Source: a virus
Virus record (IMG/VR): IMGVR_UViG_3300009495_000012
DNA: 64,000 bases
Direction: 5' to 3' (one strand)
How positions within the stretch are numbered: position 1 is the first letter of the stretch; each line of letters opens with the position of its first letter. The translations under genes were made by a program, and so were the position numbers. Under the pieces are notes generated by a model that was given only the letters and a program-made list of their open reading frames with translations, was not told the DNA's origin and searched no databases. This document shows, one piece after another, positions 1 to 8,526 of the stretch.

Positions 1-40
1 TTTATTTATATGTTTTAGAAACTGGAACTGAGGAATATAT

Positions 41-739
41 CTATTCTTCTGAACTTATTTCTTCTAATATGTCTTCACGTAATGCTTCGGATAGACTGTC
101 TGTGCTGAATGTGAAAGATACTGTAACTCTCCAACAGTCTGTCTTGGCAGTATGGTACATTAATCTTTCTGGTTCACCATAGTGTCCAAAATATGCCGCC
201 TTACATTGCCACCCTTTCTTATCTGGCATTTCAACTATTTCTTTAGTTATGGGATCCAGATAGTTAAACTGCCCAGTACCTTCTTCTGACCATGTAAATA
301 TTAAATTGTATGCCGCTGCATTAGCATTGTTATGCCATGATATGAAACCGCCTGGTGGGTAGTATGCAGTCAATGCACACGTCCTTACACCTAACCATTC
401 CATAATTTCTGTTTGCATCACACCTAACTCAGAAGTTCTTTCTAATCGTTTAGTTGGATGACACTCGTCACTAAAGAATTGATGTTCCCTTCTACTAACA
501 GTTAACTCATAACCATACATTTGATCTGGGAATCCTTCGTGCCTTTCTCCTTGTTCTACGATCTCATTTAAGTGACCTTCTCCTGTAAGGAAATGCCTCT
601 GATCTTTATAGTCTTGACAGGTACGATGAAAATCATTTTGAAACGATTCTTTATCTTCTGTTAGAAAACGAGTATACCTATTCAGTATATTCAACAATTC
701 CTTGTTCTTGACTTCTACATCTATCATGTGTTTGCTCAT
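41..739 (-). CDS. Putative Fe(II)-dependent dioxygenase-like (double-stranded beta-helix) protein
   Basis: 232-aa ORF; YYPPGGFISWHNN...MYHTA...RVTVSF resembles the Hx(D/N)...H...R layout of 2OG-Fe(II) oxygenases; start overlaps the stop of the upstream GT. Confidence 0.5.
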   Translation of the reverse strand: MSKHMIDVEVKNKELLNILNRYTRFLTEDKESFQNDFHRTCQDYKDQRHFLTGEGHLNEIVEQGERHEGFPDQMYGYELTVSRREHQFFSDECHPTKRLERTSELGVMQTEIMEWLGVRTCALTAYYPPGGFISWHNNANAAAYNLIFTWSEEGTGQFNYLDPITKEIVEMPDKKGWQCKAAYFGHYGEPERLMYHTAKTDCWRVTVSFTFSTDSLSEALREDILEEISSEE

Positions 740-1515
740 ATTATATGCCCATCCTTATCTAAACCACAAGAATAGTGCCGAATAATTATCTCACCCTCTG
801 GACGTGGGCCTCTTGCCCAGTTCAGTGCGTTATAATAATTCCATCTAAGATCATCATTAATAATTCCATACTTGAGGTCTTTGTATTTTTCTTCCTTTTC
901 AGTTAACCACCACAATGAGAACTGATCCCATGACTGTAAGGATTTATTATATCCTTCGGGCCACCATCGACCATCCATTTGGTCTTTAGTTAACTGATCC
1001 CAGTCTTTCATAAACTCTTGAACTAAAGGTACGGTATTGTCGTATAGACAAATGCCACCGCATAACACAAACTTTTTTCGTCCTTCGGGTGTATCAAACT
1101 CTCGTTCTGCATAAACATATGATCTATCATCTGTTAGTTCAGAGAAGAGAACATCGTGTTCACTTTTTTCTAACTCATCAAAACAAATCTTAATGTCTTC
1201 ATGTTCGCATTCCATGTCCACATCGAGGTACATCGTCAAGTCATACGGTGACTTCCACATACCTTCCAGTTTAGCACGGTAATGAGAAGAGCAATCGTGG
1301 ATCTCATCAAAGAGATCTTTGTCTTGTTCTTCTAACATCCAAGGTTCACAAAACAGGGTAATCTTGGCATCCTCATAATAATCAATAATGGATTCTGCCA
1401 GATTAATAGCATATTTGTAGAAGTTGATCTTATTAGATGCAACTAAAACATATCCTTTACTTTTTTCACTCACTTGAGTCATCTCCAATTGGTTCTGCCT
1501 TTGCCTCTTCTGCAA
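736..1515 (-). CDS. Glycosyltransferase, GT-A fold (GT8-like)
   Basis: 259 aa; YLDVD DxD motif, GGICLY, WDQFSLWWL, RWNY and C-terminal IRHY typical of nucleotide-diphospho-sugar transferases. Confidence 0.7.
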   Translation of the reverse strand: MQKRQRQNQLEMTQVSEKSKGYVLVASNKINFYKYAINLAESIIDYYEDAKITLFCEPWMLEEQDKDLFDEIHDCSSHYRAKLEGMWKSPYDLTMYLDVDMECEHEDIKICFDELEKSEHDVLFSELTDDRSYVYAEREFDTPEGRKKFVLCGGICLYDNTVPLVQEFMKDWDQLTKDQMDGRWWPEGYNKSLQSWDQFSLWWLTEKEEKYKDLKYGIINDDLRWNYYNALNWARGPRPEGEIIIRHYSCGLDKDGHII

Positions 1516-1954
1516 GATCTAACTCATACTGAAACAACATAATTGCATATAAGTTAACTTCAACCTTAGACTTAGCACGTCTTAGTTTTGCCTTCAGTGC
1601 TCTATTCTTAGAGTTTTTAATTTGTTCTGTTTCAAAGACTTCAAGTTTGTAATTGAAAAGTTCTTCTAACTTACGTGCACGTGCGTGTTCTGTATCACGT
1701 TGCTTGTCTTCTTCCTTTTCTGCTTTCTTACGAACCTTACGGTCTTCGGTATTTTTATCAATTGAATCTGTACCAAGTGCTTCGATAACTTCATTAAAGA
1801 GTTCATTCTCTTTACCGTCCTTATCTAACCTACTAAGTAACATCACCTGTCGTGTTTGACGATTTACATCATCTTCCATCTCAAGTATACAATTCAGTTT
1901 TTCTTTCTCTTCGGTTTCCCAAAAAGCATTATCCATCCATCGTTTAAATGCCAT
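1466..1954 (-). CDS. Hypothetical protein, charged and helical
   Basis: 162-aa ORF with RBS (AGGAG), directly downstream of a consensus sigma70-type promoter. Confidence 0.75.
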   Translation of the reverse strand: MAFKRWMDNAFWETEEKEKLNCILEMEDDVNRQTRQVMLLSRLDKDGKENELFNEVIEALGTDSIDKNTEDRKVRKKAEKEEDKQRDTEHARARKLEELFNYKLEVFETEQIKNSKNRALKAKLRRAKSKVEVNLYAIMLFQYELDLAEEAKAEPIGDDSSE

Positions 1955-1980
1955 GATTAAGTTCTCCTGTTAACATCTAT

Positions 1981-2014
1981 ATTATATATCATTTTATTAA
2001 ATATGTCAAGCGTT
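1981..2014 (-). promoter_or_regulatory. Sigma70-type (early) promoter AACGC-TTGACA-N17-TATAAT
   Basis: Perfect -35/-10 consensus with 17-nt spacer, abutting the stop codon of the 2147-aa gene. Confidence 0.85.
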
Positions 2015-5000
2015 TATGCTACTCTTACATATAATGTATAGGTATCGATTACTTCGGTACCCGAATTTAGGGTTGTCCCCACATAGTTACCAACAAAGTT
2101 ACGTGAGTAATTACCCACGAAGTTTCTTGCATAGTCACCCGCAAATGTTCTTGAATAGTTTCCTATAAAGTCTCCAACGTATTCACCTGCAAATGTTCTT
2201 GAATAGTTTCCTGTAAAGTCACGGGCATAGTCACCTACAAATCCTCTTGTATAATCCCCAGTAAAATCTCCTACAAAATCTGTTTCCCTGTTTCTTGTAT
2301 AGTTAGCAGAGAATGCAGAAATTCTTGTACGTGAGTATATAGACACACGGGTACGAGCAGATATACGAGTTGAGTTACGAGAGTAATTACCTACAAATGT
2401 TCTTGAATAGTTACCCACATAGGAAGATATTCTGGTACGTGTTGATATACGTGAATATTCTCCTGCAAATGCACGAGAGTAATTACCTGTGAAGTCCCCA
2501 ATGAATGCCGAGATACGAGTACGTAACGAGGTTCTGGTATACTCTCCAAGGAAGTTACGAGTATAGTTACCAACGTATGAAGATACTCTGGTACGTGTTG
2601 ATACCCGTGTGTACTCTCCTGCAAAATCTCTTGTGTAGTTACCAATAAAGTTACCTAAGAAGTTTGAGTTACGTACACGAGTTGATGTGCGTGTGTATTC
2701 TCCAAGGAATCCACGAGTGTAATCACCAGTGAAGTTACCTGCATAATTGGATACACGAGTTCTTAATGATGTTCTGGTATAATTACCCACAAATGTGCGT
2801 GTGTAGTTTCCAGTAAATTCACCTGCATAACTTGATACTCTGGTACGGGTAGAGTTTCTTGTGTACTCTCCCACAAATCCACGGGCATAATTACCTATGT
2901 AATCTCCTGCGAATCCTCTGGCATAGTTACCAACAAATCCTCTTGCAAAGTTTCCTACGTAATCTCCTACGTAATCGGTAACACGTGTTCTGGAATACTC
3001 ACCTGCAAATGCACGAGAGTAGTTACCTACGAATGTACGAGAATAGTTTCCTGTGTAGTTACCTGCAAATGGTCGAGTGTATTCTCCAGATGTAGCAATC
3101 ATCTCTGCAACGGTAGGTATATCTGCATGAGTAGTGTCATCTACACGAGGTTCCCAGAACTGTTGATGTGTATTGGTATCAGTTGAGTAATACAAATAAC
3201 AACGATGTCTTGCTGTGGTATTATTCGATTTCCATATGTAATCGAGGTAAACATCTTGAATTTTCTCACCTGCTATATTGTATATACCAGATTCAGCATC
3301 CATAGCACCAGACTCAACTGTTGTTCCATATGGCCATACATGACCTACCAACAAGAACCATTCGTCATGATGTCCATTTTCGAAAATGTTTTTACCATAC
3401 CAGAAGTATGGGTTTCCAGCCGGCCCGTAGGCACCACTGACATTTTTTCTATCTACACCATCACCATTAGCATTTAAACCAAAATATGCATCTCCGTTAC
3501 CGAGAGTCTTACGTTTTACCCACACAGAGAACCTATATTTTTTAGTCTTGTCTATATTAAAATAATCACCATTCCAACCACCGTCTGCGTTTGAGTCAGC
3601 ATCTTGTTGATCAATATCCCAGACAACATCTTGACCTTTCGGAGACTCATCTACCAAACGTGAGTTACCATCACCATTCTGAGGATAACCTGTAGTGGAT
3701 CCAGTACCTACTGCCCACTTTGGGAATCCAGAGTTGTTGGCAGGGGATAATTGATTAGAACGATCACTGTAACGAGTTCCAGTTGTACCTATAAATGTTA
3801 CTAAACTATCACGTGTTGATGTTCTGCTATAGTTACCTACGAAGTCTCTGGAATAGTTTCCAATATAGTCTCCTGCAAATCCTCTTGCATAGTTACCAAT
3901 AAAGGTTCTTGAATAGTTTCCTGCATATGTTGATACACGTGCACGTGTTGAGTTACGAGAGTAATCTCCTACAAAGTTTCTTGAGTAGTTGCCAAGGAAG
4001 TTTCCTGCAAAGTTTGTTACACGATCTCTTGCATATGCAGATACACGGTTTCTTGAATATGCAGATACACGGTTACGAGTGTATGCACTATAACGTGTAC
4101 GTGCTGATATTCTGGTATAGTCACCAGTAAAGTTACCTAAGTAATCCCCTGCGAATAATCGTGTATAATCTCCAGTGAAGTTACCTGCATATATGCGTGA
4201 ATAGTTACCAACATAATTAGACACACGAGTTCTTGTGCTGATACGTGTGTATGCAGAACTTCTTGTTCTGGTTGATGTACGATTATATGTACTTATTCTA
4301 TTACGTGCGAATGTTGAAGACCTTCCACGTGTGTATGCAGAACTTCGAGATCTCGTTGATATACGAGCATAGGCACTATACCTATTTTGAATACGCAATC
4401 TGGTATATGCCGAACTACGAACCCTTGTAGACGTACGGGCATACGCACTATACCTATTCGCAATACGTAGTCGTGTGTAAGCACTTATTCTATTACGTGT
4501 ACTTATTCTTGTTGAGTCACGAAAATATGCTGATACTCTATTTTGAATGCGTAATCTTGTGTAAGAACTTATTCTGTTACGAGAGTAGTTACCAATAAAG
4601 TTACGTGAATAGTTACCAATAAAGTTACCAGTATAGTAACCTATACGTGTAAAGTAATTTGTTCTGGTACTTGTAGCAATACGCAATCTAGTATAGTTGC
4701 CAAGGAAGTTACCACCAAATGCAATGATACGAGTAAATGCATTAGACCTTGTACTGGTTGCGATACGTAATCTGGTATAGTTACCAGTGAAGTTTCCTGC
4801 GTAGTTACGTGCATAGTTACCAGTGTAATATAGTGTACGAGTATAGTCACCGATATAATATAGTGTACGAGTATAGTTACCTGTGTAGTTACCAGTGTAG
4901 TATAACGTACGGGAATAGTTACCAAGATAGTTACCGATATAACTTGCAATACGGTTACGTGTATAGTTACCGAGGAAGTTACCGATATAACTTGCGATAC

Positions 5001-8000
5001 GAAGTCTGGTGTAGGTACCAGTACCAGTACCTATATTAATACGAAGTCTGGTGTATATACCAGTCGGTGTACTTGTTCTTGTTGATATACGAGTGTAGTA
5101 TCCAGTACGAGTATAGTTGCCAGTAAAATATCTTAGATAGTTACCAAGGAAGTTACCAGTATAGTAAGCGGGGCCTAAGAAGTCAATTGGTTCTCCACTC
5201 TTGGCACCAATACGAACGTAAAATTGTTCTCCCACACTGACACGTGTAGATATACGTGTATAGGCGGGTGTGCTGGATCTTGTATAATACAAAGTACGTG
5301 TGTAGTTACCAGTGAAGTTACCTGCATAATACAAAGTACGTGAATAGTTACCAAGATAGTTACCAGTATAATACAGAGTACGAGTATAGTTACCAAGATA
5401 AGATCCAATACGGTTCGCAATACGTAGTCGTGTATAGTTGCCGAGATAACCCGTAATACGGTTTACAAGACGCAATCTTGTGTAGATACCAGTATTAGTA
5501 CTAATGGCAATACGTAATCTTGTGTAGATACCAGTATTAGTACTAATGGCAATACGTAATCTTGTGTAGTCACCAGTTGCAGTACGTGTTCTGTTATATG
5601 TTCCCGTAGCAGTTCGAATACGAATATATGCACTACTACGAGTACGTGTTGATATACGGGTATAGTTGCCTAAGTAGTTACCAATATAGGAATCAATACG
5701 GGCATAGTAATGCGTTGAGTTACGAGTACGTGTTGATAAACGGGTGTAGTTGCCTAAGTAGTTACCAGTATAGTAATCAGTACGTGTGTATGCATCTATT
5801 CGTGTGGATGCACGGGTAGAGTCACGTGTGTATGCACGGTTAGATGTTCTGGCATAGTTACCAAGGAATCCACGTGTATAGTTACCCGTATAGTTACCTA
5901 CAAACGTACGTACATAGTTACCTAAATAATTACCAAGGTAGTTTCCTGCGAATCCACGTGCATAGTTACCCGTATAGTTACCAGTAAATAAACGTGAATA
6001 GTTGCCTACGTAATCACCTGCATAGTTTCTTGCATAGTTTCCTGTATAGTTACCGACAAACAGTCTGGAATAGTTACCTGTATAGTTTCCTGCAAACGCA
6101 CGAGCATAGTTACCAGTGAATATACGTGCGTAGTTTCCTGCGAATCCACGTGCATAGTTTCCTACAAAGTCCCCTGCATAGTTTCTTGCATAGTTACCTG
6201 TATAGTTTCCTGCAAAACTCTGCTGTGTTGTACGGGTATATGCACTACTTCTATTTCTTGTTGATAGTCTTGTATAGTTAGAAGTCCTTGCTCTGGTAGA
6301 CGTACGTATGGATATACGTGTGTAGTTACCTGTATAGTTTCCTGCAAACGCACGAGCATAGTTACCTACAAAGGTTCTACTATAGTTACCTACAAACGTA
6401 CGTGCATAGTTACCAATAAAGTTACCCGCAAAGTTTGTTACTCTATCACGAGTGTATGCTGATACACGAGTCCTTGAATAGTTTCCTATAAAGTCACCCG
6501 TGAATGTACGTGATGATGTACGTGTGTAAGTACTATTTCTTGTTCTGGCATATGTTGATATACGGTTACGTGTGGAGTTACGTGAATATGCACTTACCCT
6601 TGTACGGACATAGTCACCAATATAATCACCTGCATAACCAGTAACATCATCACGTGTGTATGAACTGTTTCGTGTACGTGTTGATACACGAGAGTATGCA
6701 CTGCCTCTGTTACGTGAGTATGCACTAATACGAGTACGGGCATAATCCCCAACAAAGTTCCCCAGATAGTTTCCTGCGAAGTTTGTGGCATATGTGCTGA
6801 TACGTGTTCTGGCATATGTTGATATACGAGTACGTGTCGAATTACGTGAGTATGTGCTAATACGAGTACGAGCATAATCCCCAATATAATCCCCTGCGAA
6901 ATCTCTTGTACTTGTTCTTGCAGACAATCTGGTATATGCTGATACTCTATCACGTGTGTAATCACCTACATAATCACCCGCAAAATCTCTTGTTGACGTA
7001 CGTGTAGATAATCTGGTATAATTTGATATACGAGTTCTTGTGTAGTTACCTACATAGTCACCTGCATACGCAGACACACGGGTACGAAGAGAATCACGAG
7101 TATACGCAGACACACGAGTACGTGCATAGTCTCCAGTGTAGTCTCCTGCGAAGTTTCTTGTTGATGTTCTGGTATATGCTGATACACGAGTACGGGTATA
7201 ATTACCTAAATAGTTTCCACCATAAGCAGAGTTACGAGTACGAAGAGAATTACGAGTGTATGCCGATATGCGAATCCTTGCATAGTTTCCAGTGTATTCT
7301 CCCGCAAATGATTGTTGTGTTGTGCGAGTGTATGCTGATACTCTATTACGTACGTATTCTCCAATGAAGTCACCACCGTATTCTCCTGCAAACCCACGAG
7401 TATATTCTCCTACAAAACCTCTGTTGTAGTTACCAACATAGTCCCCTGCGAAATCCCCAGTAAATGTCTGTAAACTATTTCTTGTATAGTTGGATACACG
7501 AGTCCTATTGTAGACACTGTTTCTAATAACAACATAGTTCGAACTACGGGTTCTACTGAATGTCTCTAAACGGTTACGGGTAAATTCTCTTGTGCTTGTA
7601 CGTGCATAGTTAGATCCACGGGTACGTGAATATGATGAGACACGTGTACGTGCATACGCAACTTCAGAGGTTGTTCTTTTTGTGTTGGTGGCAGTACCAC
7701 GTGCCGCCCAAGTACCTGCATCTGTTGGACTACCTTGAGTGGCAGATCTTAATTGATATGATCCAATGTTTCCACCAATAGCACGTTGAGTTTTAACATG
7801 TTGTCCCAATGAGTATTTAATTTGTGCATCACCCATTTCAGTGATACCAGAGAATGCTCCTGCACTATCAACATTAAGACCATTCAAAGATACAGGTTGC
7901 ACCGTAGTGGGTGCGGTCATTGTCTGTCTTTCATATAGATTAGTAACAGTAGATGTACCGTTACCTAAAGTATCTGTGAAAATGTTTGCGGTATGCTCTG

Positions 8001-8457
8001 CCCAGTCTGCACTTGGAGCAGATGTACCCATACGGAATGCGCCTGGATATTCAGATGTTTCGATACGAGATAATAAACGATTGGATAATGTTGCCATATC
8101 ACTATCGTTCATCTCATAGAAATCACCATTATGGAATCCTATAGGTCTACGATAATGACTTTGAGTAGTATCTGCCGCTCCGTTTCTTATTTGACGAAGG
8201 TTGTATGAGGTTTGACCAGACGTAATTGCTGTTACTGGGTGAGTACCATCTGCTTCGTTGTAGTAAGTATCAACAAATGTACCAATAAGAGTACCACCAT
8301 TATCACCTGCTTTTAACGTACCTGCGGAGTTTACACCTGCCGCCGCTAATCGCAGACCTGCTTGATACGCCAGATAGTTTTCTTCTGTAGGAGACATCTC
8401 CTTCAGATCACCGTTGGTGCCTTCTAACTTTAGCGGTATATTAGATTTCGTTGCCAC
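2014..8457 (-). CDS. Giant self-complementary tetrapeptide-repeat virion fibre protein (2147 aa) with inserted carbohydrate-binding-like domain
   Basis: About 265-aa N-terminal domain and C-terminal TYTLYVRxA shared with 8527..11946; about 1600 aa of Y/F-x-G-N/D/E, Y-x-R-x and R/S-x-S/R-x units; late promoter upstream; located at the end of the baseplate/fibre module. Confidence 0.8.
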   Translation of the reverse strand: MATKSNIPLKLEGTNGDLKEMSPTEENYLAYQAGLRLAAAGVNSAGTLKAGDNGGTLIGTFVDTYYNEADGTHPVTAITSGQTSYNLRQIRNGAADTTQSHYRRPIGFHNGDFYEMNDSDMATLSNRLLSRIETSEYPGAFRMGTSAPSADWAEHTANIFTDTLGNGTSTVTNLYERQTMTAPTTVQPVSLNGLNVDSAGAFSGITEMGDAQIKYSLGQHVKTQRAIGGNIGSYQLRSATQGSPTDAGTWAARGTATNTKRTTSEVAYARTRVSSYSRTRGSNYARTSTREFTRNRLETFSRTRSSNYVVIRNSVYNRTRVSNYTRNSLQTFTGDFAGDYVGNYNRGFVGEYTRGFAGEYGGDFIGEYVRNRVSAYTRTTQQSFAGEYTGNYARIRISAYTRNSLRTRNSAYGGNYLGNYTRTRVSAYTRTSTRNFAGDYTGDYARTRVSAYTRDSLRTRVSAYAGDYVGNYTRTRISNYTRLSTRTSTRDFAGDYVGDYTRDRVSAYTRLSARTSTRDFAGDYIGDYARTRISTYSRNSTRTRISTYARTRISTYATNFAGNYLGNFVGDYARTRISAYSRNRGSAYSRVSTRTRNSSYTRDDVTGYAGDYIGDYVRTRVSAYSRNSTRNRISTYARTRNSTYTRTSSRTFTGDFIGNYSRTRVSAYTRDRVTNFAGNFIGNYARTFVGNYSRTFVGNYARAFAGNYTGNYTRISIRTSTRARTSNYTRLSTRNRSSAYTRTTQQSFAGNYTGNYARNYAGDFVGNYARGFAGNYARIFTGNYARAFAGNYTGNYSRLFVGNYTGNYARNYAGDYVGNYSRLFTGNYTGNYARGFAGNYLGNYLGNYVRTFVGNYTGNYTRGFLGNYARTSNRAYTRDSTRASTRIDAYTRTDYYTGNYLGNYTRLSTRTRNSTHYYARIDSYIGNYLGNYTRISTRTRSSAYIRIRTATGTYNRTRTATGDYTRLRIAISTNTGIYTRLRIAISTNTGIYTRLRLVNRITGYLGNYTRLRIANRIGSYLGNYTRTLYYTGNYLGNYSRTLYYAGNFTGNYTRTLYYTRSSTPAYTRISTRVSVGEQFYVRIGAKSGEPIDFLGPAYYTGNFLGNYLRYFTGNYTRTGYYTRISTRTSTPTGIYTRLRINIGTGTGTYTRLRIASYIGNFLGNYTRNRIASYIGNYLGNYSRTLYYTGNYTGNYTRTLYYIGDYTRTLYYTGNYARNYAGNFTGNYTRLRIATSTRSNAFTRIIAFGGNFLGNYTRLRIATSTRTNYFTRIGYYTGNFIGNYSRNFIGNYSRNRISSYTRLRIQNRVSAYFRDSTRISTRNRISAYTRLRIANRYSAYARTSTRVRSSAYTRLRIQNRYSAYARISTRSRSSAYTRGRSSTFARNRISTYNRTSTRTRSSAYTRISTRTRVSNYVGNYSRIYAGNFTGDYTRLFAGDYLGNFTGDYTRISARTRYSAYTRNRVSAYSRNRVSAYARDRVTNFAGNFLGNYSRNFVGDYSRNSTRARVSTYAGNYSRTFIGNYARGFAGDYIGNYSRDFVGNYSRTSTRDSLVTFIGTTGTRYSDRSNQLSPANNSGFPKWAVGTGSTTGYPQNGDGNSRLVDESPKGQDVVWDIDQQDADSNADGGWNGDYFNIDKTKKYRFSVWVKRKTLGNGDAYFGLNANGDGVDRKNVSGAYGPAGNPYFWYGKNIFENGHHDEWFLLVGHVWPYGTTVESGAMDAESGIYNIAGEKIQDVYLDYIWKSNNTTARHRCYLYYSTDTNTHQQFWEPRVDDTTHADIPTVAEMIATSGEYTRPFAGNYTGNYSRTFVGNYSRAFAGEYSRTRVTDYVGDYVGNFARGFVGNYARGFAGDYIGNYARGFVGEYTRNSTRTRVSSYAGEFTGNYTRTFVGNYTRTSLRTRVSNYAGNFTGDYTRGFLGEYTRTSTRVRNSNFLGNFIGNYTRDFAGEYTRVSTRTRVSSYVGNYTRNFLGEYTRTSLRTRISAFIGDFTGNYSRAFAGEYSRISTRTRISSYVGNYSRTFVGNYSRNSTRISARTRVSIYSRTRISAFSANYTRNRETDFVGDFTGDYTRGFVGDYARDFTGNYSRTFAGEYVGDFIGNYSRTFAGDYARNFVGNYSRNFVGNYVGTTLNSGTEVIDTYTLYVRVA
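3082..3783 (-). other. Inserted globular domain (CBM/beta-sandwich-like) within the repeat fibre
   Basis: Non-repetitive, aromatic-rich 234 aa: DGGWN..NIDKTKKYRFSVWVK..YFGL..NPYFW..DEWFLLVGHV..HRCYLYY..FWEPRVD, resembling carbohydrate-binding-like modules of phage tail proteins. Confidence 0.55.
5474..5569. repeat. Exact 42-bp tandem duplication (2.3 copies; YTRLRIAISTNTGI x2)
   Basis: aatcttgtgtagataccagtattagtactaatggcaatacgt starts at 5474 and 5516, with a partial copy at 5558. Confidence 0.95.
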
Positions 8458-8499
8458 AAATTCACTTCTCTTATAATAGATTTAATAAAAACTTATCTC

Positions 8500-8507
8500 T
8501 ATTTATA
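8500..8507 (-). promoter_or_regulatory. T4-type late promoter TATAAATA
   Basis: Exact gp55 consensus 43 nt upstream of the 2147-aa gene start. Confidence 0.8.
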
Positions 8508-8526
8508 AGTTTTTGACGGGCAGAAT

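Noticed and set aside
2074-7656. DNA-level inverted repeat as the cause of the protein mirror symmetry
   Set aside because: The reverse complement of G-unit codons (e.g. ttt gca ggt aac) does not encode P units. Only short local palindromes such as tacacg/cgtgta were seen, so the symmetry is at the peptide level.
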